From Candidatus Omnitrophota bacterium (GTDB lineage: Bacteria; Omnitrophota; Omnitrophia; Omnitrophales; Aquincolibacteriaceae), in the NCBI GenBank assembly GCA_043732705.1, contig JAYTHE010000032.1, positions 2,005 to 66,004 on the forward strand: DNA of 64,000 nucleotides, written 5' to 3'. The notes under the pieces were generated by a model. It was not told the DNA's origin and searched no databases. It saw only the letters and a list, made by a program, of their open reading frames with translations. This document shows positions 46,058-54,243 of this stretch, in pieces. Position numbers and translations under genes: made by a program. How positions within the stretch are numbered: the first letter of the stretch is position 1; each line of letters begins with the position of its first letter.

Positions 46058-46785
46058 ATATGACCGCTACGTTTTCAAATGAAATGCGCATGAAGCATAA
46101 AATTTCAATTTGGAATAATCTCGCGGATAAAAAAACACCGCGCTTGGCTAGTTTCATCGCGGCACTTTTGTTTCATGCTGTTTTTTTCTTCATTGGTGGA
46201 ATGATTTTGATTAAGGCCCCCCAATACGCTTTGGATAGGAATCAGGGCGGTGTGGATATTTATCTTGTGGCAGCGCCCGTGCCAACAATTTTTGCCTCTG
46301 CGCCGGAGGCGCAACCGGTGGATCGCATTACCCAAAAATCTGAAATGGATATTCCGGTTTCGAAACCCGTAACCGTGAATCTGCGGGAAGTTAAAAAATT
46401 GGTGAATACCATGAAAGAATCCGTGCATCGCGGCGACGGAAGTTCTGCTCTTTCCGGAGAAAATGCGACAACTGTTTCATCCTCCGGTAATGGTCAAACA
46501 AAAGAAAAACCGGGATATTTAAAAAATCCACCTCCGGCCTACCCTTATGAATCGATACAAAGGGGGCAGGAGGGGTTGGTGATGTTGTTAGTTTCGATTG
46601 ACCGTTTTGGACATCCGCTTAAAGTGGAACTGAAGCAAGGTTCGGGATTTTATTTACTTGATCGCTCCGCGATGAAAGCGGTTAAGAAGTGGGAATTCAG
46701 CCCTGCACGGATGGGCGCGCTGGCTGTAGATACGCAAATTACAATTCCGGTTCGTTTTCGCCTCGACGACGTTAAAAAGCGCTAA
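46054..46785 (+). CDS. tonB: TonB family protein
   Basis: TM with SxxxxxxxH-like motif, PPPAYP..S...G.EG.V, SG...LD..A...V.KW.F.PA. The start is uncertain. Confidence 0.88.
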   Translation: MNMTATFSNEMRMKHKISIWNNLADKKTPRLASFIAALLFHAVFFFIGGMILIKAPQYALDRNQGGVDIYLVAAPVPTIFASAPEAQPVDRITQKSEMDIPVSKPVTVNLREVKKLVNTMKESVHRGDGSSALSGENATTVSSSGNGQTKEKPGYLKNPPPAYPYESIQRGQEGLVMLLVSIDRFGHPLKVELKQGSGFYLLDRSAMKAVKKWEFSPARMGALAVDTQITIPVRFRLDDVKKR

Positions 46786-46790
46786 AAATT

Positions 46791-47105
46791 TTGAAATCAG
46801 AATCTGATATCAAACGTTTAAAAATTACGCTGCTAGTTGCGGGACTTATGCTGTGTGTTGCGGTTCTGCCTTCATTGCCCTATTACTTTTTTATTTTACT
46901 TCGCTGCGTGATTTGTGGAGCTGCGGTTTATGCTGCGGTGGCATTGCGAACCGAAGATGCGCCACTCTCGAATCATTTTATTCCGTTGGCGATTCTGGCA
47001 ACTTTATTCAACCCCATGATCCCGGTTCAATTGTCGTATTCGCTTTGGCTGGTGATTGATCTTGGCACAGCGGTTTATTTTTCGATTCTAGTTAGACAAT
47101 TATGA
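46791..47105 (+). CDS. Small membrane protein (DUF6804-like)
   Basis: LPYYFFILLR, LFNP..P and W..ID, with about four TM segments. Confidence 0.65.
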   Translation: MKSESDIKRLKITLLVAGLMLCVAVLPSLPYYFFILLRCVICGAAVYAAVALRTEDAPLSNHFIPLAILATLFNPMIPVQLSYSLWLVIDLGTAVYFSILVRQL

Positions 47106-47187
47106 TGCAAATACTTCTCGTTTCTTGTCAGTCTTTCCATCTGCTATAATTCTTCATTCATTAATTACGATTAGAAGGTAACAAAGC

Positions 47188-47287
47188 ATGAAGATACTAT
47201 TGCGCCGAAGGCGCATAAATATAACTGGTGGGTCCACAGTAAAGTATCTTCACTGCGACGGAGTCGCATGAAGATACTTTACTGTGG
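47188..47287 (+). promoter_or_regulatory. 27-codon upstream ORF plus a long hairpin covering the start of the downstream gene
   Basis: uORF 47188-47271 (MKILLRRRR...). Perfect 19-bp inverted repeat at 47234-47252 / 47269-47287 with an inner 6-bp stem. Confidence 0.55.
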
Positions 47288-47993
47288 TGACAGTCACGAA
47301 GGCGGTCCGGCAAATTACCTGCTGGGCATTTTGAATTATAATAACGCAGATGTGACGCACATTCCTCCAGGAGTTCAGCTTGAGCCGCAAATTTTCAACC
47401 AGCGTTTTGATGCGATTATTTTGAGTGATTATGGCCGCGATTGCGTTTCCGCTAAAGCCGAAGAAAAAATTATTTATCAGGTTTTGTCGGGAACAGGCCT
47501 TCTGATGGTGGGCGGCTGGGGTTCTTTTTCAGGGCCTTTCGGAAATTGGAAGGGTTCCGAAATTGAAAAGCTTTTGCCGGTGGATTGTCTCAAAAAAGAC
47601 GATCGGCATAATTTAGGTTCAGGGCTTTATGTGTTTAAAAAGAAAAACAACCCTATTCTTAAGGGCGTGAACTTAAAGCAATCACCCGTGATTATCGGTT
47701 TTAACGAAGTGAAGCCAAAAGAAAATGCCGACGTGATTTTAACGCTTAAAGCTTTTCAACCGTCCAAAAAGAGTTTTTCAAAACAAGAATATCCACTTTT
47801 AGTGTTAAACAAAAATCCCGAAATTCGCACTGCTGCTTTTACGACCGATTTCGCACCGCACTGGTGCGGCGGACTTGTAGATTGGGGTAATAAGCGCTGC
47901 AAACTTTTCGTATCAAAAGATATTCAAATTGAAATCGGTGATCAGTACGTTCAGTTTGTTTCACAGATTTTGAAATGGGCCGCACGCGCCTAA
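47268..47993 (+). CDS. Class I glutamine amidotransferase-like protein (GATase1-like)
   Basis: FDAIILSDY, GLLMVGGWGSF, LLPV and D.APHWC. Confidence 0.78.
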   Translation: MKILYCGDSHEGGPANYLLGILNYNNADVTHIPPGVQLEPQIFNQRFDAIILSDYGRDCVSAKAEEKIIYQVLSGTGLLMVGGWGSFSGPFGNWKGSEIEKLLPVDCLKKDDRHNLGSGLYVFKKKNNPILKGVNLKQSPVIIGFNEVKPKENADVILTLKAFQPSKKSFSKQEYPLLVLNKNPEIRTAAFTTDFAPHWCGGLVDWGNKRCKLFVSKDIQIEIGDQYVQFVSQILKWAARA

Positions 47994-49435
47994 TGTCTTT
48001 GCCCGCGGCAATTGTCTGGCTGCGCCGCGATCTTCGCCTTGATGACAATCCCGCCCTCATCGAGGCTTTAAAACTATGTGATGTTATTCCTGTCTATATT
48101 CATGACCCTGAGTCAGAAGGTGCTTGGCAACCAGGTGCTGCGGGACAGTGGTGGCTGCATCAATCTCTTGAAAAGTTTTCCCAAGACTTAGCAGCTAAAG
48201 GCTCACAGCTCATTTTTAGGAAAGGGGATTCGCTCTCTGAGTTAAAAAAAATAATTCGAGAGACGAATGCGAAAGGTGTCTTTTGGAACCGCCGTTACGA
48301 GTCTGAAATTATTGAACGGGATAAAAAAATTAAAGAGGCCCTTAAAAAATCAGGCATGGATGTGCAAAGTTTTAATGCCAATCTCCTGAATGAGCCGTGG
48401 ACAGTTCAAACCGGCGGCGGCACACCGTTTAAAGTTTTTACGCCGTTTTGGAAAAAATGTTTAAATTCACCGGAACCAGTTCTGCCTTTAGCGGCGCCGA
48501 AACAAATTCCTGCTCCTGCTGAATGGCCCAAGTCTTGTAAGCTTTCCGATCTCCAATTAATGCCCGCGATTAAATGGTATGCCGGCATGAAAGAAGATTG
48601 GCAGCCGGGAGAAGCGGGCGCGCATGCTGAACTAAAAAATTTTCTCGATGAAAATGGGATACGGTATTTAGACGGCCGCGATACGCCATCGATTCGTGCC
48701 ACATCGCGAATGTCGCCTTATTTGCATTTTGGTGAAATCAGCCCGCGCCGGATTTGGCATGCGGTTCAAAAAAAATCTGCTCAAAGAAAAGAGTCCGGTT
48801 GGATACGTCAAGCTGAAGGTTTTATCCGTCAAATTTATTGGCGCGAATTTGCTTACCATTTACTTTACCATTTTCCTCAGACAACCGATCATCCTTTACG
48901 AAAACACTTTGAAAGGTTTGAATGGAAAAAAGACGCAAAGCTGCTGAAAGCCTGGCAAAAGGGAAACACCGGTTACCCGATCGTGGACGCAGGGATGCGC
49001 GAACTATGGCATACGGGCTGGATGCACAATCGCGTACGCATGATCACGGCTTCCTTTTTGGTGAAAGACTTGCTGATTCATTGGCTGGAAGGAGCGCGTT
49101 GGTTTTGGGATACTCTTGTCGATGCGGACCTTGCGAATAACACTTTGGGGTGGCAATGGGTTGCGGGGTGCGGTGCCGATGCCGCACCCTATTTCCGGAT
49201 TTTTAATCCGTTTACGCAGGGTGAAAAATTTGACGGAGAAGGCCTTTATGTCCGCCGCTGGTGTCCCGAACTTGCCCAGCTTCCCAATAAGTGGATTCAC
49301 CGTCCATGGGAAGCGCCGCCAGAAATTCTAAGTGCGGCCGGGGTGGATCTGGGGAAAACCTACCCAAAACCGCTTGTAAACCATGCGGATGCCCGCAAAA
49401 AAGCCCTGCTTTTATATGACCGCATCAGGGCTTAA
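47993..49435 (+). CDS. phrB: Deoxyribodipyrimidine photolyase (class I/III CPD)
   Basis: WLRRDLRL.DN.AL, TSRMSPYLHFGEIS, WREF, TGYPIVDAGMR, GWMHNRVRM and YFRIFNP. Confidence 0.95.
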   Translation: MSLPAAIVWLRRDLRLDDNPALIEALKLCDVIPVYIHDPESEGAWQPGAAGQWWLHQSLEKFSQDLAAKGSQLIFRKGDSLSELKKIIRETNAKGVFWNRRYESEIIERDKKIKEALKKSGMDVQSFNANLLNEPWTVQTGGGTPFKVFTPFWKKCLNSPEPVLPLAAPKQIPAPAEWPKSCKLSDLQLMPAIKWYAGMKEDWQPGEAGAHAELKNFLDENGIRYLDGRDTPSIRATSRMSPYLHFGEISPRRIWHAVQKKSAQRKESGWIRQAEGFIRQIYWREFAYHLLYHFPQTTDHPLRKHFERFEWKKDAKLLKAWQKGNTGYPIVDAGMRELWHTGWMHNRVRMITASFLVKDLLIHWLEGARWFWDTLVDADLANNTLGWQWVAGCGADAAPYFRIFNPFTQGEKFDGEGLYVRRWCPELAQLPNKWIHRPWEAPPEILSAAGVDLGKTYPKPLVNHADARKKALLLYDRIRA

Positions 49436-49442
49436 GTAAGGC

Positions 49443-49471
49443 TTGTTCTGATTCTTCTCCCTCGATATAAT
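49443..49471 (+). promoter_or_regulatory. Sigma70-like promoter, probably giving a leaderless transcript
   Basis: TTGTTC-17 nt-TATAAT, with the ATG 5 nt downstream and no RBS. Confidence 0.5.
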
Positions 49472-49476
49472 CCCGC

Positions 49477-49608
49477 ATGAGCAAACTTGTCCTTATATCC
49501 CTTTTAGTTGTAGCGGTTTTTATGTCGGGCTGTAAGTCCGCAGCTATTTCTGGAACAGAAGTAGCGAGTTTTAACGGTAAGAAAACCGCGATTCTTCCTA
49601 GTCATTAA
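49477..49608 (+). CDS. 43-aa putative lipoprotein (not in the ORF track)
   Basis: MSKLVLISLLVVAVFMSG|CKSAAISGTEVASFNGKKTAILPSH has a basic n-region, a hydrophobic core and a lipobox-like SGC. Confidence 0.65.
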   Translation: MSKLVLISLLVVAVFMSGCKSAAISGTEVASFNGKKTAILPSH

Positions 49609-49680
49609 TGTTTTGTTTTGTATCTTTCTGCTAGTTTTAATATCGTCCAAATTTGCACATAGCAAAAGCGTCTGTTAAGT

Positions 49681-51138
49681 TTGGGCTTATCTGTCGGAGG
49701 TTTCGTGTTTTTTTCGTTTTCAAATTTAGATTTTAAAAAGAAGATTATTTTATGCTCCCTCATGTCGGCTCTTTTTTCGCCGATTATTTTTTCTATGCCC
49801 TCCGTTGAAGCCGCACAGGATGACCCGGGTTTGCGTATTCCGGAGTCGCAGGAAATTGCGCCCGACCAGTTTTTGGCGAGCGACGCGAGTAAATACTTTC
49901 AGAACGGAGATTTTGACAAGGCGATGATCGCCCTCAATCAGCTCGAAAAAAGTTTTCCCAATGACGAGTTAATTCAACGTTATCGTGCGATGACGCTTGA
50001 CCGTCTCGGCAAGTCCACTGAGGCGATAGAAATTTTCAACACTCTTCTTGCTAAAAACCCTGAACATGTTCCGACGCGTTATTTTCTTGGTCAGGCTTAT
50101 GCTCGCAGTGGGCGTTATGACGACGCGGCACGTGAGTGGAAGCAAGTCGCGAAAGATGGTGAGGGAACACCCTACGCTTTTTGGGCACAAACAGCGCTTG
50201 AACAAACCGGCAAGCCGGGAGTTAAATCCGAGCCTGCTGGAAAACTTCAGCGTTGGTACATCCAGGCCCGTTACGGTTATGAATTTGATTCCAATGTTAT
50301 TTTGCGTCCCGATGACCGCTCCCTGTCGGATGTCAAAGATCCTAATGCAGGCCGTCACAATCTCGACTTAGCTATTCGTTATCGCGCAGTTTCGCGTCGC
50401 GATACCGCGTTGGATGTCACATATGCGGCACGCCAGAGTTTGCACGATGATAATTTTAATGAATTCAATTACCATTCCGAAGAGGTGGGGCTCAATTTTC
50501 GTCAACGCACGAAGATTGGCGATCAAGACGTTGTGCTGGGATTACGTTATGAATATTTATTGGGCTTTCTCGGAGAAAACCTTTATTCTCAGCGCAATCG
50601 CTGGCATATTTCTGCCGATACAAAATTTACCGAACATACCCAGACGATTTTTTATGATCGTATGACGGTTTCCAATTATGGTCCGGATGGGTTTAATCCT
50701 CCGCAAACTTCGCGCGATGGATTTGAAAATGACACCGGGGTGACTCAGTTTTTCTACGGTCGAAATTTTCAACAGCATCTCTTTTTGCGTGGTGAGTTTA
50801 ATACAGCAGCAGACCGTGGTTCTAATTTTGACTCGGTTGGGTATACCACGCGCGTGGGTTTTCATGCACCTATTCCGCACACAAAAAAGTTTTCATTTGA
50901 TATTTCTTCAGGGCTTGAAAATCATTTCTATCCGCACTTTACTTCCACATCCAGTCTTGACAGGAGCCGGCGCCGTGATCTGGAGTGGGACATATATACA
51001 GCGATAACCTACGACATTACCAAAGACTTTGCAGTGCGCAGCTTTTACCGTTATGTAAACAGCAATAATCAAAATAACTTGTATGACTATCAACGCCAAA
51101 TCGGCGGAATTCAGTTTATTTACAGCCGAGCCGCATAA
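49681..51138 (+). CDS. Outer-membrane protein with N-terminal TPRs and a C-terminal beta-barrel (Slam/DUF560-like)
   Basis: Signal peptide, TPRs, and then YEFDSNV with alternating aromatic beta-strands ending NSNNQNNLYDY.R...GIQF.Y. The start is uncertain. Confidence 0.7.
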   Translation: MGLSVGGFVFFSFSNLDFKKKIILCSLMSALFSPIIFSMPSVEAAQDDPGLRIPESQEIAPDQFLASDASKYFQNGDFDKAMIALNQLEKSFPNDELIQRYRAMTLDRLGKSTEAIEIFNTLLAKNPEHVPTRYFLGQAYARSGRYDDAAREWKQVAKDGEGTPYAFWAQTALEQTGKPGVKSEPAGKLQRWYIQARYGYEFDSNVILRPDDRSLSDVKDPNAGRHNLDLAIRYRAVSRRDTALDVTYAARQSLHDDNFNEFNYHSEEVGLNFRQRTKIGDQDVVLGLRYEYLLGFLGENLYSQRNRWHISADTKFTEHTQTIFYDRMTVSNYGPDGFNPPQTSRDGFENDTGVTQFFYGRNFQQHLFLRGEFNTAADRGSNFDSVGYTTRVGFHAPIPHTKKFSFDISSGLENHFYPHFTSTSSLDRSRRRDLEWDIYTAITYDITKDFAVRSFYRYVNSNNQNNLYDYQRQIGGIQFIYSRAA

Positions 51139-51157
51139 AGCGGCCAAGGAGAAAATC

Positions 51158-52219
51158 ATGAGAAATAAATTTTTGACGTTTGTTGCGGCAGTGATATTGT
51201 TGCCGGCTGCTGTTTTTGCGCAAACCGCACGGGATGCCGACATTGATTCGAAATTAAATGCTGGAACACTTGCCGGCATTGCTCCGCCAACGGGTTCGCA
51301 GTCTGCGCCCGCAACGGCCACAAACAATCAGAAATTTTTAGATCCGTATTTGCCGGCTGCGATTCAGACGGACAAAGTGATTTTGGGTCAGACTGATGGT
51401 AAAGCTCGCGCGTATGAAGTTCAGGGCAATGTGACCGTCGTTAAAAAAGGCAGCCCTGATGAAGTTAAGTTACGAAAAGGCGACATTCTTGAAGCGGGCG
51501 ATAAGATCTATACCGATGCGGGCTCAGCGGTATCAATTACATTTGATGAAAATTATAAAAATGCCGTTCATGTCACAGAAAATTCCAAAGCCGTTTTTGA
51601 AGGAATTGAACCGACGAATATTCGCATTATTAATGGTTCTATTTTTAGCGCTGTTGATGGATTGCCTCAGGGTAGTACATGGAAGGTGACTACGCCAGCA
51701 GCTGTCGCGGCCGTACGGGGAACGCTGTATCTTGTTAATTTTCAAGCGTCAAGCGGCCAGTTTTTTGCCGCAACGGTAAATGTGCCGGATGACGGAAAAG
51801 CCAGTGCGATTGATATTCAAGAAGTCAAAGGCGGCGGTTCAGCCAATGTTGCCGAAGGAAAGGAAATTACGCTCAAGCAGGGCCAGTCTGCAAGCAATTC
51901 GCTCGTGAAAGATTTAGATACAACTGTCTTAACTGAAGTTTTAAATTTTTTTGAAAAATTAATAAAGCTGCGAAATGATGAATCTAATAGCGGTGCACCT
52001 CCGACTGGCGGAGAATTCTTTGAACCGAATACGCTTGATCCGGCTGGCCCGGGAAATGTGGGCGGTGGTAACGATAAGTTAGACGTCAATGATCTCGGAA
52101 CGATTAAAAAGGATGCGGCACCGGAACCAGTAATTACTGAAGAAGGTTCTAATCAATCTCCTGGTGATAAGCCTGGAGATGAGTTTCCAGGCAATGGCTG
52201 CGGAGAAGACTGTAGTTAA
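51158..52219 (+). CDS. Exported FecR-domain protein, paralog 1
   Basis: AAGGAG RBS, signal peptide, GD.I.T and VTTPAAVAAVRGT. The acidic tail ends CGEDCS. Confidence 0.82.
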   Translation: MRNKFLTFVAAVILLPAAVFAQTARDADIDSKLNAGTLAGIAPPTGSQSAPATATNNQKFLDPYLPAAIQTDKVILGQTDGKARAYEVQGNVTVVKKGSPDEVKLRKGDILEAGDKIYTDAGSAVSITFDENYKNAVHVTENSKAVFEGIEPTNIRIINGSIFSAVDGLPQGSTWKVTTPAAVAAVRGTLYLVNFQASSGQFFAATVNVPDDGKASAIDIQEVKGGGSANVAEGKEITLKQGQSASNSLVKDLDTTVLTEVLNFFEKLIKLRNDESNSGAPPTGGEFFEPNTLDPAGPGNVGGGNDKLDVNDLGTIKKDAAPEPVITEEGSNQSPGDKPGDEFPGNGCGEDCS

Positions 52220-52376
52220 AAATTAAGTATTGATATGAAAAAAATCGGCACATTTTTACCGCCGCGTTTTATTTTTTCTTCAGATTGCAGCTTTCGCACG
52301 GAATTACGTACGGGACGCAGACTTTCATCTAAGTGTGTCATCGCGGCGAATAATTAAAAGGTAAGAAAACTAAAAA

Positions 52377-52928
52377 TTAGATCAGATTGCGCCGGGGCTG
52401 GAAATCGGGGTTGTAGAAAATTCCGTCGATCCAGCCCCGGTCGTTTTTACGCTCGGTAAAAGCGGCCCAAATCCATTCGGAGTGAATCTTCGAAAGCACC
52501 CCTTCGATTTTATCCGCATCGTATTTATAAAGTTTTCCGTCGTTAAATACGCGGTATTTTCCGTCTTGTTTAAAAACAGTGACTGTATGCGCGAATTGAT
52601 TTTTTCCGTAAACGCTGACGACTTGGCTTTCAAAGCCCAGCTCTTTAAGTGCCGCATCCGCAAATAAAGCAAAATCTTCGCAGTCGCCTTTTTTGCGGTT
52701 GAGCATTTCTTCCGGGCTTTGCCAGTAATCTATTTTTCCAAAATTCTCCTGATCTTCTACAAATTTAAAATTTTTTCGCATGAATTTTGATAGTTCTTCG
52801 GGCGAATGAACGGGCGCGAGATTAGGATGCAGTAAAAGAAGTGGTGCGGTGGTTTGCATTTGAGCAAACCCAGCCGGGCTCAATAGAAATGTCCATACCA
52901 GAATGAGCGCTAACGATTTTCGGATCAT
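52377..52928 (-). CDS. Transglutaminase-like cysteine protease (LapG/BTLCP-like)
   Basis: Signal peptide, DYWQSPEE....GDCEDFA, AHTV and a downstream acidic residue (FND). Confidence 0.8.
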   Translation of the reverse strand: MIRKSLALILVWTFLLSPAGFAQMQTTAPLLLLHPNLAPVHSPEELSKFMRKNFKFVEDQENFGKIDYWQSPEEMLNRKKGDCEDFALFADAALKELGFESQVVSVYGKNQFAHTVTVFKQDGKYRVFNDGKLYKYDADKIEGVLSKIHSEWIWAAFTERKNDRGWIDGIFYNPDFQPRRNLI

Positions 52929-52992
52929 TTGTTCCTGTCCGGCAAACCGCAGCGTCGAGTCTTTAAAAGAGGATGAAACCGTCTTTTAGCTC

Positions 52993-53135
52993 AGTTGGTA
53001 ACCCGACTATGCTTTCATTTTTTTACTCTGGGCTGCGCCCAACCGTATAGTGGTTGGATTCACCCAGAACAGAAATGAAATCGCACCCGTGGCTTTGCGT
53101 CCTACTCTTACGAGCAGTTTGCCTTTTTCAATGTC
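52993..53135 (-). promoter_or_regulatory. Cyclic di-GMP-I (GEMM-I) riboswitch with an enlarged distal stem
   Basis: The - strand reads uugaaaaaGGCAAACugcucGUAAgaguagGACGCAAAGCcacgg...agucggGUUACCaa, matching the conserved GEMM-I core with a GNRA loop. It lies about 65 nt upstream of the protease start. Confidence 0.85.
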
Positions 53136-53255
53136 TATTAGAAGGATGCTTGTGAGAGCTGTAAAATACAAGAGCTAGACAGTAAATAATTGTATGCTAG
53201 ACTATCAACATGATCATTTATGCTATTAATCGATATTCATTGAAGAGGTTTTAAT

Positions 53256-54215
53256 ATGAAGTTAACCACATTGAAAATTGTCCTATTAGGTCTGCTTATT
53301 TGTTTTTATATGACGTCCGCATATGCGACCAACTTACGCGATGCGGCGATTGACGCGCTTGTCTTTTCTCCTAAGCCGGATGGTAGTGAGAAAGATGGAA
53401 TGGCAAAAGTTTATGAGCTTCAGGGGAAAGCGGTGATTACGCCAAAGGGCAGTCCCGAGGAAAGAAATTTAAAAGTGGGCGATGAAATTAATAAGGGGGA
53501 TTCGGTCTTTACCGAAAAGGGCGCAAAGATTTCCATTAGCTTTGATAATCAAAAAAAGAATGCCATTCAAATTCCAGAAGATAGTCGCGCGATATTTACA
53601 AGCATTGAGCCCACGGATATTAAACTTGAGAATGGTTCAATTTTTAGCGTGGTGAATGGCTTGGCGCAGGGCAGCACTTGGAAAGTAACGACACCCTCCG
53701 CAGTTGCTGCTGTGCGTGGAACGGTTTTTCTTGTGCGTTATGAAGCTGCAAATGGAAAAATGTATGCTGCAACGGTGAATGTTCCCGGTGACGGAAAAAC
53801 TTCTGCGATTGAAATTCAGTCATTGAATGGTGGAGCGACAACTGAAATTTCAGAAGGAAAAGAAATTTCAATGAAAGCAGGCGAAGCTCCGAGCAGCGAA
53901 ATGGTTCAGGATTTAAGTCCTGAAGCTGTGTCTGAAGTTCAAAATTTCTTTGAACAGGTGAGTTCGGAAAGTGAAGCGTTAGAAAAATCGGATGATAATG
54001 AAAGTAAGTCAGAAGCAGAATCTGACAATAGTGGTGAAAACCCGCAGGATAAATCCTTAGAGGATACAAATAATTTTGATAATCCAGCTGATGCCGGAGG
54101 CTCGGACATGGAGCCGCCTCCTATAAATCAGGACGACACGCTTAAAGAGCTCGAAGAACCCAAGGCACCGGAAGAAGAGGAATGTAGGCCCGACGGATAT
54201 GGTGGGTGTTTGTAA
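53256..54215 (+). CDS. Exported FecR-domain protein, paralog 2
   Basis: Signal peptide, GDSVFT and VTTPSAVAAVRGT. The acidic tail ends CRPDGYGGCL. Confidence 0.82.
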   Translation: MKLTTLKIVLLGLLICFYMTSAYATNLRDAAIDALVFSPKPDGSEKDGMAKVYELQGKAVITPKGSPEERNLKVGDEINKGDSVFTEKGAKISISFDNQKKNAIQIPEDSRAIFTSIEPTDIKLENGSIFSVVNGLAQGSTWKVTTPSAVAAVRGTVFLVRYEAANGKMYAATVNVPGDGKTSAIEIQSLNGGATTEISEGKEISMKAGEAPSSEMVQDLSPEAVSEVQNFFEQVSSESEALEKSDDNESKSEAESDNSGENPQDKSLEDTNNFDNPADAGGSDMEPPPINQDDTLKELEEPKAPEEEECRPDGYGGCL

Positions 54216-54243
54216 TGTTAATCATTTAGAAAAAGGTAATCTC

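Noticed and set aside
52985-53010. tRNA-like TAGCTCAGTTGGTA on the + strand
   Set aside because: No anticodon arm or T-arm follows. It is the antisense of the riboswitch 3' end.
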